The notes under the pieces are model-generated. The model was given only the letters and a program-made list of their open reading frames with translations, did no database searches and was not told where the DNA came from. A stretch of 61,548 nucleotides of DNA, filler included. It is 15 parts of 15 records of this genome, joined end to end, with 100 filler letters (N's around TTAATTAATTAA, not from the genome) between each part and the next. Parts side by side here need not be neighbours in the genome. Positions count along the whole stretch, not along the records: positions 52,105 to 57,502 come from SRR15195285_12440; positions 57,603 to 61,548 come from SRR15195285_12460; 13 more parts are not named here. One strand, 5' to 3'. Shown here piece after piece: positions 54,500-61,548 of the stretch; positions within the stretch are counted from its first letter, which is position 1, and the number at the start of each line of letters is the position of its first letter. Both the position numbers and the translations under genes were made by a program.

Positions 54500-57431
54500 T
54501 TAGCTGAGACCAACTGCACACTTTGACAACGCCGTTGCAAAATGTCGTGCGCCGACGCTTGTTGCCCGTGTACTGCGTTCCCGAGTAGTCGCGTGCTCTG
54601 TACGGTTGCCGATACTAGCTTCCCGCAACGCCGCAAACGCAGCATCTCTACAGACGCCGACCAGCGTCGCACCGCTGGCGCCTACCAATCGCGGGTGTGC
54701 TGCGAGCGAACTCAAATCAACGTCGGTAGCTAAGGTCATGGCTTTTGTTGCAAACGACAGTATGTCCAGCCTGTTCCCGAGATCAGGCAGAGGGACCGCG
54801 AGGTGCTTATCAATGCGACCAGGGCGAAGTACCTGCACGACACATATTGCTGATCAGAAGAAGGTGCAACCACGGTACGTCAGTGTTCGTCGTGCCTGAA
54901 AGGCGTGTTGATGGGGCGTAGCAAACTACCCCAAAGCACACAGGCTGCGCACAAGAGTGACATCGCGCCTAGCGCAACGCACCGCTGGATCTATCGCACC
55001 CCTGCGATTAGAACAACCCAAAAAAATGACTCCATCCTTGCCACGACGGCTTGTAAGGTCCGACTGTATCGCACTACCACCGTCACTGTGCCCAACGCCA
55101 TCCATCTCGTTGAGTAACGTGCCAAGTAGACGGCGTCCAACTTCGTCATTGTCGTCTGCACCCGAGCGTGCGGGTGCAATTGAGTCAAGCTCATCAAGTA
55201 TCAGTATACACGGAGCTGCCGCACGTGCCTACAATCATCAGCATTGAAGCACACATCACTTAAGTGGCGATGCATTCGTTGACGAGCGATACGAGGCGAT
55301 TCCAAAGCACCGGGCTGTGGGCTGGCAGTCTGCTAGCCGAAGCTAGAGCAGGTACACGCAGTTGCAATAACGGACCCGTTTAACCACATCTCGTAATGCT
55401 GCCTCTGCCTCACCCACCAGTGGTGAAAACAGCGCTGTCCCTCGCACTTCCAGGACGTTGAGTGCAGGGAATGCTGTAGCGAGGCCACGCGCCAGCACAG
55501 TCTTGCCACAGCCAGATGGGCCATACAAGAGAACTCCTTTCGGCCGCGGCAATGCAAGTGCAGTCCTGTTGCATGTCAAGCCAGCAGTGAGCCAGCAGTG
55601 TAGACAATCGACCCAGAGGCATTTAGCAGTCTAAATGCCCGCTCATGAGTACCGCGTACCACGCTTCAGAGTGTTGCTCCGGCCATGCAAGCATCCGTCG
55701 AAGCTCTGTCTTCACATCGTCATAACCCGCCAAGGTTGACCAGATATCTGCACCCCCACTCATCGATGAACGAGTGGACGGCGTAACTTCCCACGGGTGA
55801 GCAAGGCTAGCAGGGACGACCTCAACAAGTGCCGTACTCAAACACTGCTGCAGCTCGACAGCGTCTAGTTCAATTGCGCCCTCTATTCCCGGTACGTCGG
55901 CCCTCGTATTGCTGTCAGAATTACTACTCTGGGCTCGCGCAGCGTCACTAACCAGCATCGGTGATCCTGCGCGAGACGCGCTGACGGAGGCACGAAGATA
56001 AGCTCGTCGACACCACCGCACAAGATCTCCTGGGAGATAACCAGCCGTTCTTCCAGCGCCCCACAGCGCAAGCTCGTCCACTTCGGCTAGTATTCGATGC
56101 GTCAAAGAGACGACACCCTCGGGTGCGCGCCGACTGGCAGCGCTGACACTGTCACGACCGCTGAAGTGCGGCGGTGTCAGGAGTTTTCGCAGCGTCACAC
56201 TGATGATGCGCTCACGTGCCGTGCGAGAGGGTGGCGGCAGCACCAGACTGCGCGAGAGCCGCCCTGTACACGATATTGCGTTGTGTGATTGACAGAACTG
56301 TGGAGCTATAGACACCTATTGCAAGCCATCTGCGCAACGGGATGAGTACGCACCTGCGCTGACTAATCCAGGCACTGCTTTCGCAGTAATCGCTGCATCG
56401 GTGACTGATCCAACCACAACGATATTCGAATTGTGTGGAAGCTGCGACATCCATGCCAGCAGCTGTCGCCGCGCGGTCAATGCGTCCACAGGTACACTGT
56501 CGGCATCGCCGTCGCCACCTGGCTCCGCGGCTAGCAGTACATCAAGGTCGTCCAACCACACCAACAACGCTGCTGGATCATGTCCTTCTTTTTCTTGCAA
56601 GAGGGTCTGTTTCGATGAAGCGCTCGCATGCGCGAGAAACGAGACAAGGCTATCGCCTTGGCCCGATGCTGGTGCTCTGCCAGTGTGCACATCCATCCCG
56701 GAGAAAGCCACCACTGAAAACGGCGGCATATTGTCACACACAGCTGCTGCGCGTCGCGACAGACGCGACAGCCGATCGGCCCGCGTTTTTTGCGCGACAT
56801 CCACTGCGGTAGGAGGCACCCGACTGGCGCTTCCAGCACAAGCCCCACGCATGAAGTATCGCAGCAGCATCGTTTTCCCACCGCCCGACGCTGCCTGCAG
56901 TAGCACGCCTCGCGAGATCCCGAGAGGCAGCTGAGCAGCCCCACGCACAGCCATCACCATGCGGAGCTGGTCGCTCAGCTCGCCTAGCTCCTTGCACCAG
57001 GCTGCGTCACACGCATCTGCCAGTGCGGGAGTCATCGGCATCGCAGCGCTGGCCTCGCGGTGCCAGCTAGAGCGCGGCGAAGCAACATCGGGCGATGACT
57101 GTGCGGCAGTACTGCTGTGACCCCTGAGCTGCACGTCTGTGTCCTCTCCCACCGTGACGCGGCCGTGCGCAGCCCCGGCGGACACCTCGACGACGTCAAA
57201 CTCGCGCTGCCGCCCAAGCACAGTAGCCGCTTGGCGGTCACCGACCTTCAGCGTGTGTCCGAGCAGCTGGCGCCGGACAGACCGAGCAAGTAGCGGCAGC
57301 TGCAACTCGCGTGCGAGCGGAGCGCCATCGCTGCCGCGCGCCATCGCCACGAGCTCCAGCGTGACGGCCATCCGCCCGTCCGTCCGCCACCGACGTTCCT
57401 TCCCAAGTCCGCGGCCCAGCACGCGTCCCTC
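54500..57431 (-). CDS. CDC48-family double AAA+ ATPase (AFG2/SPATA5-like), multi-exon, 5'-partial
   Basis: D1: RGVLLQAASGGGKT, WLDDLD. D2: KGVLLYGPSGCGKT, LILDELD, LLNEMDG, SNR..IDPA|VLRPGRID. Four GT-AG introns resolve the frames. Confidence 0.85.
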
Positions 57432-57602
57432 CTGTTAAAACACCGAAGACTGAATGAGTGCCGGACCCAGCAGACACAGTGCCCAGATTAAAATCGACTT
57501 ATNNNNNNNNNNNNNNNNNNNNNNNNNNNNNNNNNNNNNNNNNNNNTTAATTAATTAANNNNNNNNNNNNNNNNNNNNNNNNNNNNNNNNNNNNNNNNNN
57601 NN

Positions 57603-59116
57603 AGCCAGAGCCAGAGCCAGAGCCGGAGCCAGCAACGGCGCCTACAGCTGTGCAAGAAGGAATTCCTGACGATGCAGCTAGAGCTCCACCGCCAGCACCA
57701 CTCATGCCAACGACGACGCCGCAGGAAGCAGTCTTATCGTTGCCTTGGCGCAAGACACCAGCAGCGCACCAGAGCGTATTCGCTGGCGCTAACTCAGCGC
57801 ACTGGGACCCAGTTAGAGACGGTCAGCTCGGTCTGTCGAACGGGCTTTTGAGCGAGTGGTTCGCTGTCAGTGAGTTGGTACTCCCAGGAGCGTCCTTCTT
57901 GCTCCCGAAGCGCGTCATTCAGGTAAACAGCGAGCTTCCTAAGCTCAACTGCACCATCCCAAAAATCTGCCAGGCGTTGAAAGGCGACGGAGAAGGAGGG
58001 AAATCAAAGAAGAAATCAGGCGGTGGAGCTGCACAAAGAGCACCAAAGTTTGACTTGCAAGCATGGAAAACTTTGCGGCGTATCCTACCTGGTGCCACAG
58101 TCGACAGCGTGCAAAATCCTGTCGCTGCGGTTGACGAGCTGAGCGCTATCGAAGCCGCACGGCGCGCGACGCTGGACAGTGGAGCTGCTAAGCCTCGTCC
58201 GCCGGCTGAGCGCTTTGCCTTGGCTATGGCTTCCATACCTGGGGCAGAGCACCGCGTGTCCCTGCGAATATTGGAGGCAGAATGGGTCGTTGGTGTGACT
58301 GGCCGTGGGAAGGAGTCAAGTGAACTGTTGATGGGGCGCAACAAGTTGCAGGTTGTATTGGACGAGATGAGGAAAGCATTTGTGGAACTGCATGAGGCGG
58401 AGGAAACTCTTGGCGTGCTCTGCGGTCTCATTCTTCAGATCGGTAACTACGTCAACGGTGGAACAAGCCAGGGCGGCGCGTATGGCTTTGCGATCACGGA
58501 TTGTTTGCTTCTCAGTCAAATTAAAGCCGAGGGTGGCGACGTTCTCGCTAAAAATATGCTTGAGTTTGTGGTGCAAACAGCATCAGCGCATGCGGAGAGT
58601 GCTGACGGCGGTGTACTATTGCGATGGACCGAGGCTCTTCCACACCTGCAAGCAGCATCACAGCTATCCCTGACAGCGGTCGGGGTTGCCCTGGATAGCT
58701 GGGCCCGTAGGCTCGCTACCGCACGGCTCGACGCTGCAGCACTGCGCCAGGCTCTGCCCGGGGCGGGTGCAGGCCAGTCATGGGATGCGATTGTTGACAA
58801 AGTGTCAGAAGAGCTCTTGCACATGCAGACCCTATACACCAATCTGCTCGGAGAACGGGATCTACTTGAGGGACGATTTGGTATGCGGGTCTTGGACCCG
58901 GATGGCCTAGAGGACGAGGCAGGTGTCCTCAGCTGTTTTGACGCGAAGCAGAAGCGATTGGAGGAAGCCTTGGGGGCTGAGCGCGGCGACGGTAGCTCCG
59001 AAGCGGGTGGCGGCGTAGAAGCGTCGAGCCAGCTAGACGCGGGGCTGCTTTCTGTATTGGCGCGCTTCGCGAACGAGTGGGATGCGGCGGTGGCCCAACT
59101 GCAGCCGAATGCGTGA
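57603..59116 (+). CDS. Divergent formin FH2-domain protein (5'-partial)
   Basis: Pro-rich stretch, LPWRK, AERF, and ILQIGNYVNGGTSQGGAYGF (FH2 GNxMN..AxGF motif). Confidence 0.8.
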
Positions 59117-59167
59117 CTCAATGATACGTGCTTTCACGAGCGCCTCTGCACGTCCTACCTATCACTC

Positions 59168-60926
59168 TCAGTATGCCTTCGCAAAAATTGCACGGCGGGC
59201 TGTAGCACGGCCTGTGACTATGCAGGCCCCCCTGTCGCGTCGTCCACACGCACTGCTAAGTGAAACTGCGGAGGCAACACGAGCATAGAACATGACAGCG
59301 AACGTGACGCATTGCGGTGGGTTTATCGCACCGTTCAGCCGGTGGCATGCCACAAACGTCTTCGGCGAGCGGAATACATCTCAACGTTGCACCCGTCGCT
59401 TCTTGCAACGCCTCCTCGTCCTTCGCGTCGCCGTCCCACCAAACGCGTGCCCAGCGCTGACCTTCCGTCGTCGAGGAAGAGCTGTCGCCCCACAGTCCGA
59501 GCAGCTGCTCGTAGTCAGCCACGTCATCAATAGCACCCTTCATCCGAGCCTCGGCATCTGCAAGCATGGTTGCTGCAATATCGTCCAACGTTGACTGCAC
59601 AGTGGAGACTGCGTCAGAGCCAACAAGTGCAACGGAACCCTTCGGCCGACCGTCTCGTCGTGAAAGTGGAGCGTGCCCTTGCGCCAGGTCGCGGGCTCCA
59701 ATATCTATCCGCAACGGCACACCTTTCATCTCCCAGTGATTAAACTTCCAGCCGGGAGACTGGTGCGGATCGTTGTCCACCTTGCTGCGCACACCGGCAG
59801 TTGTCAGTTCTTCGTGTAGCTGAACGGCCGCGGCGCTGACTTCTGCCGACGCATCGGCGGCCGCGCTGTCTTCCCCAGCCTTGGGTTTTACAGCAATCGG
59901 AACAATGACCACCTGTATCGGTGCGAGCGCCGGCGGCAATCGCAGACCCTGCGCATCACCATGTGCCATCACCACTGCCCCGACCATCCGCGTTGACACT
60001 CCAAACGAGGTTTGGTGAACCGGCATCTCTGTGCCAGCCGCGTCGGTAAAATTGACGCCGAAAGCCCGCGCAAAGTTCTGGCCAAGGTTGTGGGACGTGC
60101 CCGCCTGCAGCGCGCGACCGTCACCCATATGTGCTTCGATCGTGTAGGAATGTGACGCGCCCGCGAACGTCTCGCGCGGCGACTTCACACCAGTGACCAC
60201 GCCGAGAGCGCACACATTGCGTGCGACGTCCGTGTACATGTGTATGTTGGCCAGCGCCTCAGCCTCGGCTTCGTTTGCGGTGGCGTGGGCCGTGTGACCC
60301 TCATGCCAAAGGAACTCAGAGTTGCGCAGCAGTAGCCGAGGTCGCTTTTCCCAGCGCACCACGTTGACCCACTGGTTCAGGCGCAGTGGCAGGTCTCTGT
60401 ACGAGCTGATCCATCGCTCGAGGCACCAGTTCATCGAGGTTTCCGAGGTGGGCCGGATCGCCAGGCTCTCGGACAGCTCCTTACCGCCAGCGTGGGTGAC
60501 GGTTGCGAGCTCGGGCGCGAATCCTTCGACGTGGTCGGCTTCCTTCGTGATGAACGACATCGGCAGCAACGACGGCAGGTACACGTTCTGCACGCCGTTG
60601 GCTTTCATCCGCCTGTCCAGCTGCGCTTGCAGCAGCTCCCACATTGCGAAACCATACGGCCGCAGCACGACTGTCCCACGCACAGGGCCGTGCTCGGCAA
60701 GCTCCGCCTCGCGCAGCACGTCGAGGTACCACTGGCCGAAGTCCGTCTCGATGTCCGCCAGGTCTTGCGGCCTCCTCCGCTTGCCTTTCTTGGTCGTCTT
60801 CTTCTGATTCTTCTCACTAGGAAGCGGCGCAGCGCTGCTCACCGCTGCCGCAGGCAACCGCCCAAGCAGCGCCGCCTGGCGGCTAGGCGCGAGCCGCCGT
60901 GCCACGGCGCGCAGCCCGGCGCGCAT
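59168..60926 (-). CDS. proS: Prolyl-tRNA synthetase, eukaryote/archaeal type, with putative organellar transit peptide
   Basis: Arg/Ala-rich N-terminus. KEADHVEGFAPE, RPTSET, EFLWHEGHT, QAGTSHNLGQNF, GWKFNHWEMKGVP, ATLRCIP. Intron 59232-59331 supplies the conserved ..IFAKAY* end. Confidence 0.95.
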
Positions 60927-61242
60927 CTGTCTGGACAGTACGCTGGGCAGTGTTCGCTGGACAGTGTGTACACGCTGGACGACACGGGACAGTATGTGTA
61001 CGCACACGCTGCCGCTGCCGCTGCCGCTCAGCACGCGCTCACTGCCAGCCTCCGCATGATCCGCCAGTGCTGCGTGACCAAGATGCGCCAGCTCCGTCCC
61101 GCCCTCGGCCTGCGTGGCTCCCCCGCGCGCGCGCCGCCGTACGTGGGCGGCGGCGCGCTGCGTGCGCGCGTCGCGGGCGCCGGCGGGCGCGCCGCGCAGC
61201 TAGCTAGGTCCGATTCGTTCAGTTGTTGTCAATTGAGATCGT

Positions 61243-61312
61243 TGAGTGCTACATGTACGCCGGCCGGAATCAAGGCCCCATTGATTCCGGCGTACATGTA
61301 CAGTAGCACTCA
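61243..61312. repeat. Imperfect inverted repeat (about 70-nt hairpin) upstream of ProRS
   Basis: Arms TGAGTGCTACATGTACGCCGGCCGGAATCAA and TTGATTCCGGCGTACATGTACAGTAGCACTCA around loop GGCCCCA. Confidence 0.8.
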
Positions 61313-61548
61313 TTGAAGAAGTACCGAGGTATCGAAAGTAAGCCCAGATCATACAATTTCCGATCGATAGTTTGAACGCGCACATGCTCGCCAGCAAAAC
61401 CTCCCCACACTCCAGCTCACCTTGCACGGTCTTAACTGCTCCGGAGCACTACATGTCCGCGCACCGCATCGACCTCGGGCGTCCATCGACACCGGCCACG
61501 GTCCAGGCCATCAAAGCATTACCCACCTACGTGGCGCCAAAGGTGACT

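Noticed and set aside
3305-57602. Regularly recurring TTAATTAATTAA as a biological repeat or array
   Set aside because: It is always embedded in exactly 44+44 Ns, so it is a concatenation linker. ORFs ending XXX-LIN or XXX-N are artefacts.
59256-59331. Cys-rich ProRS C-terminus given by the ORF track
   Set aside because: Intron read-through. Splicing restores the conserved C-terminal Tyr.
1-61548. Operon, gene cluster or defence island spanning the window
   Set aside because: The contigs are joined arbitrarily, so adjacency across linkers carries no information. The genes are eukaryotic.

Overview
The window is not one locus. It is 15 short contigs (about 3-6 kb each) joined by 14 artificial 100-nt linkers (N44-TTAATTAATTAA-N44), so gene neighbourhood is only meaningful within a contig. 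The DNA is from a GC-rich, gene-dense microbial eukaryote: it has GT-AG introns mostly of about 85-200 nt, a UCH37-like deubiquitinase, a formin, PX/PH/RCC1 proteins and peroxisomal signals. Picozoa or another marine heterotrophic protist is my unverified guess. Enzymes: C69/secernin peptidase (with one in-frame stop), GH78, GH2, a beta-helix CAZyme-like protein, a Cu P1B-ATPase, prolyl 4-hydroxylase, a nocturnin/CCR4-like EEP, a sulfatase, a PhyH dioxygenase, a phosphagen kinase, an AAA+ ATPase and an organellar ProRS. Most notable observations: (1) an NLR-like protein with a helical repeat, two TIRs (one apparently catalytic, one degenerate SARM1-like), NACHT and HEAT-like regions; (2) a convergent sulfatase (PTS1) and PhyH dioxygenase (PTS2) pair; (3) a tandem double tetraspanin; (4) PX-PRELI and split-PH/PA/RCC1 fusions; (5) an AbfB-like module inserted inside a GH2 barrel; (6) two 19-nt micro-exons carrying conserved acidic motifs; (7) Glu-Pro tracts in many unrelated proteins. 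All domain calls come from manual motif recognition, not database searches.
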